From assembly GCA_965222615.1 (NCBI GenBank), contig CBDCUI010000008.1, positions 288,001-352,000 on the forward strand: a stretch of DNA of 64,000 nucleotides. The letters run 5' to 3'. This DNA comes from Gammaproteobacteria bacterium. Its GTDB lineage: Bacteria > Pseudomonadota > Gammaproteobacteria > UBA4575. The translations under genes and the position numbers were made by a program. The notes beneath the pieces were generated by a model. The model was given only the letters and a program-made list of their open reading frames with translations, searched no databases and was not told the origin of the DNA. This document shows positions 29,067 to 40,738 of the stretch, piece by piece (within the stretch, counting starts at the first letter, position 1; each line of letters starts with the position of its first letter).

Positions 29067-29083
29067 TGGCATGAAAGTTGCTT
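29067..29083 (+). promoter_or_regulatory. Sigma-54 (-24/-12) site oriented opposite to rpoN
   Basis: TGGCAT-gaaag-TTGCTT, 10 bp upstream of the rpoN start on the opposite strand. Confidence 0.7.
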
Positions 29084-29198
29084 ATGTTTAACTAGAAAAC
29101 CTACTATTCGTCGTCGAAATACCACCCACAATAGTGGGAAATACAAACATCGCCAAGTAATTGGCGATAAGGTTTCCTATGACGATCGATGTTGCTAG

Positions 29199-29918
29199 TT
29201 AGAAACTGTTGCCTAAATAGACGTCTTGTACCTGCTTATTATTTAAAATACTTTCAGGTGTTCCCTCAGCAAGTGTTTGGCCTTCGTTTAGAATATAAGC
29301 GCGATTACAAATATCTAATGTCTCACGCACATTGTGATCCGTTATCAACAGTCCTATTTCTTGCTTGCGGAGGGTTTTCAGAATCCTTTGTATATCTTTA
29401 ACCGAAATCGGGTCAACTCCTGCAAAAGGTTCATCAAGTAAAATAAATTTGGGTTGCATGGCAAGTGCACGAGCAATTTCCGCACGGCGTCTTTCCCCTC
29501 CAGATAAACTTGTACCTTTTTGGTCGCGGATATGTTCAATTTGCAGATCAGATAACAAAGAATCACAAAGCTGTTTACGCTGGCTCTTTTTTAAATCACC
29601 TCTAGCCTCTAGGCTTACCATCACATTTTGTTCAACCGTAAGACCACGAAAAATAGATGCCTCTTGAGGAAGGTACCCTATGCCATGCTTGGCACGCATA
29701 TGCATAGGCATCTGCGTAATATTCAAGGTGTTTAAGAAAATATTTCCGGTGTTGCAATGAATCAATCCTACAAGCATGTAGAAGCATGTTGTTTTACCTG
29801 CACCATTCGGTCCCAGTAATCCTACAATTTCGCCAGATTTAATAGTTAGACTAACATCATCGACGACAACTCGCGCTTTGAATTGTTTGCGCAAGTTTTC
29901 TGCACTTAAATTATTCAT
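29199..29918 (-). CDS. lptB: LPS export ABC transporter ATP-binding protein
   Basis: [45 protein letters not shown]. Confidence 0.97.
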   Translation of the reverse strand: MNNLSAENLRKQFKARVVVDDVSLTIKSGEIVGLLGPNGAGKTTCFYMLVGLIHCNTGNIFLNTLNITQMPMHMRAKHGIGYLPQEASIFRGLTVEQNVMVSLEARGDLKKSQRKQLCDSLLSDLQIEHIRDQKGTSLSGGERRRAEIARALAMQPKFILLDEPFAGVDPISVKDIQRILKTLRKQEIGLLITDHNVRETLDICNRAYILNEGQTLAEGTPESILNNKQVQDVYLGNSF

Positions 29919-29956
29919 GTACTAAACTACTTAGTGCGAGTTAATATGCGCCGGGT

Positions 29957-30484
29957 TTATTGCGCTTGCTCAGAATTACTTTGCTCTTTTATCGTTTCCG
30001 GAAGTACAGTGATGTTAACTCGATCATCTCCACTAGAACTGCCTGCGCTGACAATTTCTTTATCGGTATAGAAGACGATACGATCGCTAGCAAAGGTATT
30101 TCCTGCTTCCGTTAATTTAGCGTCATTTGTTAGCACTATTTCGTTAGAAGTTATGCTATATACCATTTTTTTTGCTTCGGCATTAATAAGTTTTCCGTCA
30201 TCTGTGATTTGTTTGAATGTGCTTAAGTTTCCTTCAGCTATGATTTTTTGTACTTTTTTGTTTGCGGTTTCTAAAATTACTTTTTCACCAGTAAGCTGCA
30301 TAGTTCCTTGAGTGATTTTAACATCACCACGATAAACACTTATTCCAGTTAAATCATTTATTTCTGCAGAATCTGCTTTGATATTAATAGGCTTACTTGC
30401 GTCATCAGATCTCGCTGCAATTCCGCTGCTGTAAGAACTTGTTAGTATTATCGATAAGATAAAAATTATGCGCTTAAGGATCAT
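29957..30484 (-). CDS. lptA: LPS transport periplasmic protein LptA
   Basis: Signal peptide; D..KPINIKAD; YRGDVKITQG; synteny. ATG at 30484 likely. Confidence 0.9.
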   Translation of the reverse strand: MILKRIIFILSIILTSSYSSGIAARSDDASKPINIKADSAEINDLTGISVYRGDVKITQGTMQLTGEKVILETANKKVQKIIAEGNLSTFKQITDDGKLINAEAKKMVYSITSNEIVLTNDAKLTEAGNTFASDRIVFYTDKEIVSAGSSSGDDRVNITVLPETIKEQSNSEQAQ

Positions 30485-31037
30485 AATAACCGGTAACATT
30501 GTTGTGTAAGTGAACGATCTGTGTATCTATGTCTAAGGTCATTCCTATGGCTTTAAGTTTTTGCTTGCCACGTTTGGCAGTTACTGGAGATTCTGTTGTG
30601 GCACGCTGTTTTTTTGGGTAAATAGTTAGTTTATCAGTGAATACTTCAAGTAGGTACGGATCATCTTCCGATTTAGGTTGCCTAATTACCACATCTCCAA
30701 CCAAGTTAATTATTTTATTGTCATCTTGTGTATTTCCTTTTAAGGATTTGGCAAATACTTTACTGCCATTGTTACGAAAAATTTCAATATCGGGTGATTC
30801 GAATTGGCTGCGTTTTTCGTCATCATATAACCAGTATTTAGGCGCATATAGCTTATATTGGGGCTTGCCATCGCTTGAGTTAATAATCATTTCAATATCG
30901 TTAAAGCTTACTGAGGGTCTGTCTGAAAGCGGCGGTGTTGATAATTCCATATACTCCGTGCGTTGGTTAAGAAACCACAGTGTCGCAGCAGCGCCGACGA
31001 TAATCAAACAACATAACCAAATTAATCTGAGCGACAT
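30474..31037 (-). CDS. lptC: LPS export protein LptC
   Basis: Single N-terminal TM helix plus beta-jellyroll pattern; between kdsC and lptA. Confidence 0.87.
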   Translation of the reverse strand: MSLRLIWLCCLIIVGAAATLWFLNQRTEYMELSTPPLSDRPSVSFNDIEMIINSSDGKPQYKLYAPKYWLYDDEKRSQFESPDIEIFRNNGSKVFAKSLKGNTQDDNKIINLVGDVVIRQPKSEDDPYLLEVFTDKLTIYPKKQRATTESPVTAKRGKQKLKAIGMTLDIDTQIVHLHNNVTGYYDP

Positions 31038-31048
31038 AAAACAGTGTT

Positions 31049-31582
31049 TTACCGTAAATGATAAGTTTGTGCCTGTTCTAATAGACCCTGTGCAGCCAAA
31101 ATGAGTTCACACACTTCCCGTACCGCGCCATTCCCACCTGTAGCTGTAGTTTCCCAATGAGCATGTTGCTTTACAAATGAATTAGCATTAGCAACTGCAA
31201 TTGCTAAGCCACAACGAGACATTACTTGTAAGTCAACAATGTCATCTCCTACAAAGCACGTTTGTTGTTCGTTAATATTTAAGCTAGAAAGTAATTTCTG
31301 AAAAACAGTAAATTTATCTGTGCAGCCTTGGTGTACGTGTTTTACTTCTAGGTCTCGCATTCGATACTCAAGTGCTTTAGATTGTCTGCCCGTGATTACA
31401 CCAACGCTTACACCATAATGTTGCAGCAAACGGATACCGTGACCGTCATGAGTATTAAAAACTTTCATCTCATTACCATTAGAATCGAAGTAAAGTTTGC
31501 CGTCGGTGAGTACACCGTCAACATCAAACAGAGTCAAGCGTACTGATTTTGCACGTTCTAATATGTTGTTTGAATAATTCAC
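31049..31582 (-). CDS. kdsC: KDO 8-phosphate phosphatase
   Basis: HAD motif FDVDGVLTDG, GDDIVD, GGNGAVRE. Confidence 0.95.
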   Translation of the reverse strand: MNYSNNILERAKSVRLTLFDVDGVLTDGKLYFDSNGNEMKVFNTHDGHGIRLLQHYGVSVGVITGRQSKALEYRMRDLEVKHVHQGCTDKFTVFQKLLSSLNINEQQTCFVGDDIVDLQVMSRCGLAIAVANANSFVKQHAHWETTATGGNGAVREVCELILAAQGLLEQAQTYHLR

Positions 31583-31617
31583 TAGTATAAAAATATTTGT
31601 ATGAAATTCAAAATTCT

Positions 31618-32568
31618 CTATAAAGCCTGCATATAGATGTAAAACATATAAACGATATATGCACTGACAAATGCAATACTGTAAAAGCGTGGAATTCTTT
31701 TAGATGGTAAATATAATAATGCTAGCAAAAATAGCGCTAAAGTTGCGGCAAGCATAACCGGGAAATCACGGAAATAAATCTCACGAGGCACAGAGTAATT
31801 GGTAATTATACTTGCGATCCCGGTAACACCTAGAATATTAAAAATATTTGATCCAACTATATTTCCCAATGCAAGCTCGCTGTGTTTTTTCATTGCGCTC
31901 GAAATACAAGCGGCGAGTTCTGGTAAGCTCGTGCCGAGTGCAATTACTGTTAAACCGATAACCAAATCACTTACTCCTAGTTTTTCTGCAATCGAAACTG
32001 CGCTCCATACCACCATCTCAGAGCTAACTAGTAAAATAACCAACCCTACCCCTAAACCCAGGAATAATTTTGTTAGGTTTTTGGGTGTCGATTCTTGAGA
32101 GAGTTCGCCCCGCTTGTGTTCTTTTTTTTCAAAGCGGGTCAGCATATAAAGTGCTACGAATAAGGCAAGCACTAAAATTATGCCATCAATAAAATTAAGC
32201 TGTTGATCGAGAATTAATACAGTAAATATGATTGTTGCTCCAAATACTAATATGAAATCTCGGTACACAATTCTTTTGTCTATATAAAGAGGTAAAATGC
32301 ATAAAGTTGCTCCTCCGGTTAGCAAAATATTGGTTGTATTAGAGCCTAGCGCGTTGCCAATGGCTAAACCTGGATTACCTTGTAATGCGGATAAAGCAGA
32401 CACTAATAGTTCTGGTGCAGAAGTGCCAAATCCAAGTACAACAATTCCAATCACAAACTTTGAAATATGGAAATGCTGACCAAGGTGTAGTGCGTTATCT
32501 GTAAATCGATCGGCACTCCACATCAACAGAAAAAAGCCCGTAACCAAAGCGATAATAAATACAAACAT
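31618..32568 (-). CDS. yrbG: Calcium/sodium antiporter (YrbG family)
   Basis: Two repeats: GTSAPE...GNALGSN and GTSLPE...GNIVGSNIFN. Confidence 0.92.
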   Translation of the reverse strand: MFVFIIALVTGFFLLMWSADRFTDNALHLGQHFHISKFVIGIVVLGFGTSAPELLVSALSALQGNPGLAIGNALGSNTTNILLTGGATLCILPLYIDKRIVYRDFILVFGATIIFTVLILDQQLNFIDGIILVLALFVALYMLTRFEKKEHKRGELSQESTPKNLTKLFLGLGVGLVILLVSSEMVVWSAVSIAEKLGVSDLVIGLTVIALGTSLPELAACISSAMKKHSELALGNIVGSNIFNILGVTGIASIITNYSVPREIYFRDFPVMLAATLALFLLALLYLPSKRIPRFYSIAFVSAYIVYMFYIYMQAL

Positions 32569-32741
32569 GATTTTACTTAGAAAATACCTTGGTTACTTTG
32601 TGGACAACTAATCTAAGCTACTTGTACCAAATTAATCCTTCCATCGCCAAGAAAATATCAAACGAGTATGATGCACCACTCAATTCAAGAGTATATATTT
32701 GGCATGGGCTAGACTTAAGGCTAGCACGGATAATAAAAATA

Positions 32742-33542
32742 ATGGTGGAATCGATCGTACAAATTCGTGAACTACATTTCACCCGCGGTTCACGCAAGAT
32801 ATTCAATGGTATCAGCTTAGATATTCAAGCTGGTCAAGTTACTGCCTTTATGGGTCCAAGTGGAACCGGTAAAACAACATTACTAAAGATAATCGGTGGT
32901 CAGCTACGTCCTGAAAAGGGCTATGTGCAAGTGTTTGGTAAAGATATCCATCATGTCGATCGAGATGAGTTGTATGAGCTACGCAAACGCATGGGCATGC
33001 TATTTCAAAGTGGCGCATTGCTAACAGATATAAATGTTTTTGAAAATGTTGCCTTTCCTCTACGTGAGCACACACGATTGCCTGAACAAATTATTCGAGA
33101 TTTAGTCCTGATCAAGCTGGAAGCTGTCGGTTTACGTGGCGCTCGTAATCTAATGCCAAGCGAATTGTCAGGGGGTATGGCACGTCGTGTAGCGCTGGCA
33201 CGTGCAATTGTGTTAGATCCATCCATGATTATGTATGACGAGCCCTTTACAGGTTTGGACCCGATTACGAAGGGAACAATTGTAACCTTAATAAAAGAGT
33301 TGAACGAAACTCTGGGGCTCACCAGTGTAATTGTATCCCACGATGTGCATGAAACGATGTCGATCGCAGACTACATTTATGTTCTCGCAGAAGGACAGGT
33401 GGTGGAATCCGGCACGCCTGATAATTTGGGGAGTAGTTCTTCTCCATGGTTGCAGCAGTTTTTGCAAGGTTTGCCGGATGGTCCAGCACCGTTTCACTAT
33501 CCGGCAGAAAATTTGCGTGAAGATTTGTTAGCGGGTAGGTAA
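32742..33542 (+). CDS. mlaF: Phospholipid ABC transporter ATP-binding protein
   Basis: [34 protein letters not shown] at 32742 preferred over TTG 32589. Confidence 0.95.
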   Translation: MVESIVQIRELHFTRGSRKIFNGISLDIQAGQVTAFMGPSGTGKTTLLKIIGGQLRPEKGYVQVFGKDIHHVDRDELYELRKRMGMLFQSGALLTDINVFENVAFPLREHTRLPEQIIRDLVLIKLEAVGLRGARNLMPSELSGGMARRVALARAIVLDPSMIMYDEPFTGLDPITKGTIVTLIKELNETLGLTSVIVSHDVHETMSIADYIYVLAEGQVVESGTPDNLGSSSSPWLQQFLQGLPDGPAPFHYPAENLREDLLAGR

Positions 33543-34327
33543 TGTTCGTTTCGGCGTTGCAAAATCTTGGACATTGGACATTGGGTCTATTCGAAAGAAT
33601 GGGCCGTGCATCTATTTTCTTTTTCAGGGTATTGTTAACCATACCACGCGCATTTACACGTCCACGTTTAATTATTAAAGAGATTTATTCTATAGGTGTA
33701 CTTTCACTAACCATCATTATTGTCTCTGGCTTATTTGTTGGTATGGTGTTAGGGCTGCAAGGGTATGTAACACTGGTTGATTTTGGTGCGGAAGAATCGC
33801 TTGGTGTTGTAGTTGCGATGACCTTGGTACGAGAACTAGGTCCTGTTGTAACGGCATTATTATTTGCTGGGCGCGCAGGTTCTGCATTGGCAGCGGAAAT
33901 TGGTTTGATGAAAACTACAGAACAACTTTCTAGTATGGAAATGATGGCAGTAGATCCAATTCGACGGGTTGTGACACCGCGTTTTATTGGTGGATTTATC
34001 TCGGTGCCATTGTTGACTGCAATATTTACTGCAGTAGGGATTTTAGGTGGAAGATTTGTCGGTGTCGGCCTGCTAGGAGTTGATGAGGGCTCGTTTTGGT
34101 CACAGATGCAAGCAAATGTAGATTTAGTGGATGATGTTGCAAACGGTATGATTAAAGGCGTGGTATTTGCAATTGCATGTGTGTGGATCGCTTTATACAA
34201 AGGCTACGATGCCATACCTACGGCTGAAGGAATTAGTTTAGCTACAACGAATACGGTAGTTAATTCTGCATTAGCAGTACTGGGTCTTGATTTTATTTTG
34301 ACTGCGTTAATGTTTGGTGAATTGTAA
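33542..34327 (+). CDS. mlaE: Phospholipid ABC transporter permease
   Basis: [27 protein letters not shown]. Confidence 0.96.
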   Translation: MFVSALQNLGHWTLGLFERMGRASIFFFRVLLTIPRAFTRPRLIIKEIYSIGVLSLTIIIVSGLFVGMVLGLQGYVTLVDFGAEESLGVVVAMTLVRELGPVVTALLFAGRAGSALAAEIGLMKTTEQLSSMEMMAVDPIRRVVTPRFIGGFISVPLLTAIFTAVGILGGRFVGVGLLGVDEGSFWSQMQANVDLVDDVANGMIKGVVFAIACVWIALYKGYDAIPTAEGISLATTNTVVNSALAVLGLDFILTALMFGEL

Positions 34328-34368
34328 AATGTAAATTCGTGTTTATGAAGTAATAGGAAGAATAAGTT

Positions 34369-34827
34369 ATGACAACACGCTTTATCGAAACTATGGTGGG
34401 ATTGTTTGTGGTGTTGGGAATATTGGCATTATTCATGCTGGCGATGAAAGTAAGTAACTTAAGTGGCCTCAGTAAAAATGAAGGTTATGAAGTATCCGCT
34501 TATTTTGAAAATATAGGCGGCCTAAAAGTGCGCTCACCGGTGACCGTTTCCGGAGTTCGAGTAGGGCAAGTCACAGAAATCGTATATGATGCCGATCGTT
34601 ATGAAGCTCTGGTTAGAATGCGTATTGATGCGAATCATGATTATTTTCCAATCGATACAACAGCCAGTATTTATACTGCAGGGTTATTGGGGGAGCAGTA
34701 TATCGCGCTAGAACCAGGCGCGGAGGAGGACGTGTTGACGACAGGCGGTACCATAGAATTTACCCAATCGGCACTAGTTTTAGAGGAAATAATTGGCAAA
34801 ATAGTGGTCAAATTAACATCTGGGTGA
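34369..34827 (+). CDS. mlaD: MCE-domain protein MlaD
   Basis: FENIGGLKVRSPV..SGV.VG.V; GLLGEQYI. Confidence 0.96.
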   Translation: MTTRFIETMVGLFVVLGILALFMLAMKVSNLSGLSKNEGYEVSAYFENIGGLKVRSPVTVSGVRVGQVTEIVYDADRYEALVRMRIDANHDYFPIDTTASIYTAGLLGEQYIALEPGAEEDVLTTGGTIEFTQSALVLEEIIGKIVVKLTSG

Positions 34828-34911
34828 TTATGGGTAGTCGTCAAAATTTGTTATTACATGTTTTTTTAGGGGTTGTATAGTAAATTCATGAAGCGGGGGA
34901 GATCGAGTCTA

Positions 34912-35568
34912 ATGAAATTCGTAAATCTTATATTTGTCAGGAAATTACCAGTAATTTTATTGGTAATGCTATTTGTTGCCGGTAATGTTTTAGCGATTGA
35001 TCAACGTGCACCAGAACAAATTGTAGAAGAAACCTCTACAGAGGTTTTAAGAGCCTTAAATGAAGATAAAGATCGTTTAAAAGAAGATCCGACATTAATC
35101 AATACGTTAATCAATGACACCATCATTCCTATTGTTGATTTAAATTCAATGGGGAAGTTGATACTGGGCAAGTATTGGAAGCAAGCAAGTGAAGAGCAAC
35201 GTGCAAAGTTTATTGCAGAATTTAAAGATATGCTGATTCGAACTTATGCAAAATCCTTAGTGGACTATGGTCATGCTAAGGTTAAAGTATTACCAGATCG
35301 AAATAAGAAGGAAAGTAAATATCATACCGTGCAAACTGAACTTGATATCGGTTCTGGTAAAGCCCCTTTGCAAGTTGCCTATGTTTTTAGAAGTAATAAG
35401 GATAAGGAATGGAAGGTGTTTGATCTTGCAGTAGATGGCTTAAGTTTAGTGAAGAATTTTCGAACTAGCTTTGGCCAAGAAATCAAAGAAACTTCTCTAG
35501 ATGCACTAATAGAGCGTTTAGCAAATACCAACAAGACTGGTGCTACGGATGAAGTCTCGGCAGAATGA
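34912..35568 (+). CDS. mlaC: Periplasmic phospholipid-binding protein MlaC (Ttg2D)
   Basis: LGKYW, LIRTYA, WKVFD...DGLSLVKNFR; synteny; start uncertain (34873-34912). Confidence 0.92.
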   Translation: MKFVNLIFVRKLPVILLVMLFVAGNVLAIDQRAPEQIVEETSTEVLRALNEDKDRLKEDPTLINTLINDTIIPIVDLNSMGKLILGKYWKQASEEQRAKFIAEFKDMLIRTYAKSLVDYGHAKVKVLPDRNKKESKYHTVQTELDIGSGKAPLQVAYVFRSNKDKEWKVFDLAVDGLSLVKNFRTSFGQEIKETSLDALIERLANTNKTGATDEVSAE

Positions 35569-35873
35569 ATGTACAAACTGATTTTGAATGTATCGATCGC
35601 AATAGTTTTAAAGTAACTGGAGATTTAACTTTTAGTAGTGCAGCATCAGTTTGGGATCAGGCAAAAGAAATATTGCCAAATTTAGAAGAAGAAAGTTTGG
35701 TTATTGATATTGGTTCTGCAAAAGAACTAGACAGCGGCGGATTAGCGTTGTTAGTTGCTTGGTCACGCTGGGCCTATTGCAATAAAAAACAACTCATTTT
35801 CAGTAATGCCTCAGACAAAGTGCGAAAATTAATTGAAGTTAACAAGCTTCAGGATTTGCTCATACTTGCTTGA
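35565..35873 (+). CDS. mlaB: STAS domain protein MlaB
   Basis: GDLTF and DSGGLALLV STAS motifs; synteny. Confidence 0.88.
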   Translation: MNVQTDFECIDRNSFKVTGDLTFSSAASVWDQAKEILPNLEEESLVIDIGSAKELDSGGLALLVAWSRWAYCNKKQLIFSNASDKVRKLIEVNKLQDLLILA

Positions 35874-35976
35874 AACTGATTGCAAAAACTGTTTATTGTT
35901 TTGGCTAGTAACAAATGCTGTGGTTCGTTAAGATCTGCTTTATTCAGATTCTTAATATCAACTTTTTAACCCCTGA

Positions 35977-37245
<1,269 letters not shown>

Positions 37246-37248
<3 letters not shown>

Positions 37249-37384
37249 ATTTAAAAATGCACTTTTTTTTGCGATAGCTGCGTCAGCTCCGTGCTCAAAT
37301 CCTCATGTATTATTTATACACTCCGGTTCTGCGCGCGGTGCTTTCTTGCTCTCACAAAAAAAATTACTATTTTTAAAAGTGCTA
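37246..37384. mobile_element. Palindromic MITE-like element (RPE-like core, different ends)
   Basis: Starts at the murA TAG; ends ttaaaaat / atttttaa; core aaatcctcatgta..tacactccggtt. Confidence 0.7.
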
Positions 37385-37430
37385 GACTCTGTCTAAAATA
37401 AATTTTTTCTATGCTGGTTTCTCTCTAAAC

Positions 37431-38081
37431 ATGACTGATAGTAGCAACACAAATATGATAACCATTGCAGTATCGAAAGGACGCATCTTAGAAGAAAGTC
37501 TGGATGTTCTTGCAGACATGGGGATAAGTGTTGCAAAAGAAGATTTAGATGGACGTAAATTGGTATTACCTACGAACAAATCAAATATACGTTTATTAAT
37601 TATCCGCGCAGCAGATGTGCCCACTTATGTACAACATGGTGCAGCAGAGTTGGGCATCGCAGGTAAAGATGTATTAATGGAGTTTTCCGGGGATGGTATC
37701 TATGAACCGGTAGATCTCGGCATTGCTAAATGTCGGCTTATGGTTGCAGGCGTGAAAAATAAGGTTGCGGAAAATAGACGCTTGCGTGTAGCAACAAAAT
37801 ATTTGCGCAGTACGCGAAGACATTTTGCCGCCAAGGGTCAACAAGTAGAGTTGATAAAACTATATGGGTCGATGGAATTAGCGCCGATGTTAGGTTTGGC
37901 AGATTGCATTGTTGATCTAGTCGCAACTGGCAATACACTCAAAGCTAACGGTTTGGTGGCCACCGAGCATATTGCCGATATCAGCTCACGATTGATCGTC
38001 AACAAAGCAGCAATGAAGATAAAATCTGCTACACTTAAACCCCTTATAGAACAATTTAAACAAGTAGCTGATAAACCATAG
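37431..38081 (+). CDS. hisG: ATP phosphoribosyltransferase, short form (HisZ-dependent)
   Basis: [39 protein letters not shown]; 216 aa. Confidence 0.96.
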   Translation: MTDSSNTNMITIAVSKGRILEESLDVLADMGISVAKEDLDGRKLVLPTNKSNIRLLIIRAADVPTYVQHGAAELGIAGKDVLMEFSGDGIYEPVDLGIAKCRLMVAGVKNKVAENRRLRVATKYLRSTRRHFAAKGQQVELIKLYGSMELAPMLGLADCIVDLVATGNTLKANGLVATEHIADISSRLIVNKAAMKIKSATLKPLIEQFKQVADKP

Positions 38082-38107
38082 AATTTTCAGGGAAGAGAGC
38101 AACGATT

Positions 38108-39184
38108 ATGAAATATCAAACGGATGATCTCAGAATAAAGGAAATTACCGAAGTCATTGCCCCTGAAGAGTTACGCAGTGAGCTTCCTGTTTCAGAAAAG
38201 TCAGCCGAATGTGTTTTTAATGCACGTACCGCCGTGCAAAAAATACTACATGGAGAAGATGATCGCTTGTTAGTAATTGTTGGGCCATGTTCTATTCATG
38301 ATCCAAATGCTGCACGTGAATATGCTGAACGGCTACTGGCTATACGTGATGAGTTAGCAGATGACTTAATGATCATCATGCGTGTGTATTTTGAAAAACC
38401 ACGTACCACCGTTGGTTGGAAAGGTCTAATCAATGATCCCGATCTAGATGACAGCTTTGAAATTAATAAAGGCCTACATATTGCACGAAGCTTATTGTTA
38501 GACCTAAATGAAAAAAGTATGCCAGCCGGCACAGAATACTTAGATTTGATTAGTCCACAATACGTTGCAGACTTAGTTAGTTGGGGCGCTATTGGGGCTC
38601 GTACTACGGAAAGTCAAGTACACCGTGAATTAGCCTCAGGACTGTCTTGTCCAGTAGGCTTTAAAAATGCAACTGATGGAGGATTGCAAGTTGCAGTCGA
38701 TGCAATCGGTTCGGCCATGAATCCACATCACTTTTTGTCGGTGACTAAGGCTGGCAAGTCTGCAATCTTTTCCACCATTGGCAATAAGGATTGTCACATT
38801 ATTCTACGCGGCGGCAAGGAGCCTAACTATAGCCCTGAGAGTATTGACGATGCCGCAGCACTGCTTGAAAAGTCTAAACTTGCTCCACGTATTATGGTGG
38901 ATTGTAGTCATGCCAATAGTTCGAAACAGCATGAAAAACAGCTTGAGGTTGGTCAAGCGGTAGCTGATCAATTAAGTGCGGGAGACATGCGCATCTTTGG
39001 TGTGATGATAGAAAGTCATTTAGTGGCAGGGAGGCAAAATGCCAAGCCTGATGTTGAACTAACGTATGGACAGAGTATTACTGATGCTTGTATAGGTTGG
39101 GATCAGACGCAAGAACTGTTGCAAATTTTTTCACAAGCTGTGCGTGAGCGACGCCATTTCAAATCCGCAGCCAGCGCAGCGTAA
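38108..39184 (+). CDS. aroG: 3-deoxy-7-phosphoheptulonate (DAHP) synthase, class I-alpha
   Basis: GPCSIHD, RVYFEKPRTTVGWKG, IGARTTESQ, DCSHANS, YGQSITDAC. The isoenzyme (aroF/G/H) cannot be resolved by eye. Confidence 0.93.
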   Translation: MKYQTDDLRIKEITEVIAPEELRSELPVSEKSAECVFNARTAVQKILHGEDDRLLVIVGPCSIHDPNAAREYAERLLAIRDELADDLMIIMRVYFEKPRTTVGWKGLINDPDLDDSFEINKGLHIARSLLLDLNEKSMPAGTEYLDLISPQYVADLVSWGAIGARTTESQVHRELASGLSCPVGFKNATDGGLQVAVDAIGSAMNPHHFLSVTKAGKSAIFSTIGNKDCHIILRGGKEPNYSPESIDDAAALLEKSKLAPRIMVDCSHANSSKQHEKQLEVGQAVADQLSAGDMRIFGVMIESHLVAGRQNAKPDVELTYGQSITDACIGWDQTQELLQIFSQAVRERRHFKSAASAA

Positions 39185-39194
39185 TTGAATCCGC

Positions 39195-40493
39195 ATGCTG
39201 GATACTACTCGTCTTAATACTCAAGACGCAGACTTCTCTGCACAATTTCAAAATTGGCTAGCTAAAAATCGGTTAACCGATGATGATGTATACGAAAGTG
39301 TGAAGGCTATTTTAAAAGACGTTCGTGAACGTGGAGATCTAGCGCTTTTAGAACATACGCAACGTTATGATCATGTTACCGCCAAACAAATTGGCGAGTT
39401 GGAGATTTCTCAAGCTCAAATGCAAAGTGCATTAGGTAGTATCGATTCTGAGCAACAGAACGCACTAAATATTGCTGCAAGTCGTATTCAAACCTATGCA
39501 GAACAACAAAAGTTACAGTCTTGGACGATTGAAGATGAAGATGCGAATGAATTAGGCCAAGTGGTTACTGCGTTAGAAAAAGTTGGTGTTTATGTGCCTG
39601 GAGGTACAGCTGCCTATCCATCATCCGTGCTCATGAATGCTATTCCCGCCAAAGTTGCGGGTGTGGAAGATGTGATTATGGTGGTGCCTACCCCAAAAGG
39701 TGAAGTAAACAATACGGTCTTGGCTGCAGCAGCAGTCGCTGGTGTAGACCGTGCCTTTACTGTTGGAGGTGCCCAGGCCATTGCAGCGCTGGCATATGGC
39801 ACCGAGACTGTGCCTAAGGTAGATAAAATTGTGGGCCCTGGGAATGCTTATGTAGCTTGTGCTAAGCGCTTGGTATTTGGTGAAGTGGGTATCGATATGA
39901 TTGCCGGCCCATCTGAAGTATTAGTGATTGCGGACGACAGCGCCAATCCTGAATGGGTGGCCATGGATTTATTTTCACAAGCCGAACATGATGCGCATGC
40001 GAGAGCGACGCTTATCAGTACAGACCCTGAATTTTTTAATCTAGTGTTTGAGAAAATGCAACACTTGCTAAAACAACTTGACCGTAGTGACACCATTATA
40101 GATTCCATAAATAATTACGGTGCCTTTATCCAAGTTAGTGATTTAGATGAAGCCGCACAACTTGCAAACACGATTGCTCCGGAACATTTAGAATTGTGTG
40201 TGGATAAACCTGAGCAGTTGTTAAAAAAAATTCGTAATGCCGGCGCTATTTTTTTGGGACATTATTCGCCAGAGGTATTTGGAGATTATTGTGCCGGCCC
40301 CAATCATGTGTTACCAACTTCCACTACTGCGAGATTTTCATCTCCTTTGGGTGTTTATGATTTTCAGAAGCGTAGTACAGTAGTGAACTGTTCACGTGAA
40401 GGCGCGAACAAGCTAAGTCAAATCGCGGCAACCTTAGCTAATAGTGAGGGCCTATCTGCGCATGCTAAGTCAGCCCAATATCGTGGCAAGTAG
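39195..40493 (+). CDS. hisD: Histidinol dehydrogenase
   Basis: YVPGG.A.YPSSVLM, GIDMIAGPSE, SQAEHD, APEHLEL, GPNHVLPT. Confidence 0.97.
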   Translation: MLDTTRLNTQDADFSAQFQNWLAKNRLTDDDVYESVKAILKDVRERGDLALLEHTQRYDHVTAKQIGELEISQAQMQSALGSIDSEQQNALNIAASRIQTYAEQQKLQSWTIEDEDANELGQVVTALEKVGVYVPGGTAAYPSSVLMNAIPAKVAGVEDVIMVVPTPKGEVNNTVLAAAAVAGVDRAFTVGGAQAIAALAYGTETVPKVDKIVGPGNAYVACAKRLVFGEVGIDMIAGPSEVLVIADDSANPEWVAMDLFSQAEHDAHARATLISTDPEFFNLVFEKMQHLLKQLDRSDTIIDSINNYGAFIQVSDLDEAAQLANTIAPEHLELCVDKPEQLLKKIRNAGAIFLGHYSPEVFGDYCAGPNHVLPTSTTARFSSPLGVYDFQKRSTVVNCSREGANKLSQIAATLANSEGLSAHAKSAQYRGK

Positions 40494-40711
40494 GCAAACT
40501 CTGATTTATTCTGCCTTGATTAAATTGATGTGGTTGTTAAAAAGATTTTTCCAAATGCTCATATATGTATTTATATACTCCGCTTTGACTCGCACCTTCC
40601 TGGTGCTCGGCCTACGGCTAGCAGAGCTTTCCAAATCTGCTCCCGGCAGATTTGTCTCGAAATCTTTTTGCCTCGTATCAGGCATTACATTAATAAATCA
40701 GAGCTTGCTTA
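40491..40711. mobile_element. Palindromic MITE-like element with nested 70-bp cassette (40586-40655)
   Basis: 20-bp imperfect inverted ends taggcaaactctgatttatt / aataaatcagagcttgctta; starts at the hisD TAG. Confidence 0.82.
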
Positions 40712-40738
40712 GCGAATACTAAAACTACTTTCATTGAG

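Noticed and set aside
40444-40722. ORFs 40444..40722 and 40530..40712 between hisD and hisC
   Set aside because: Both run through the MITE-like element; no recognisable family.
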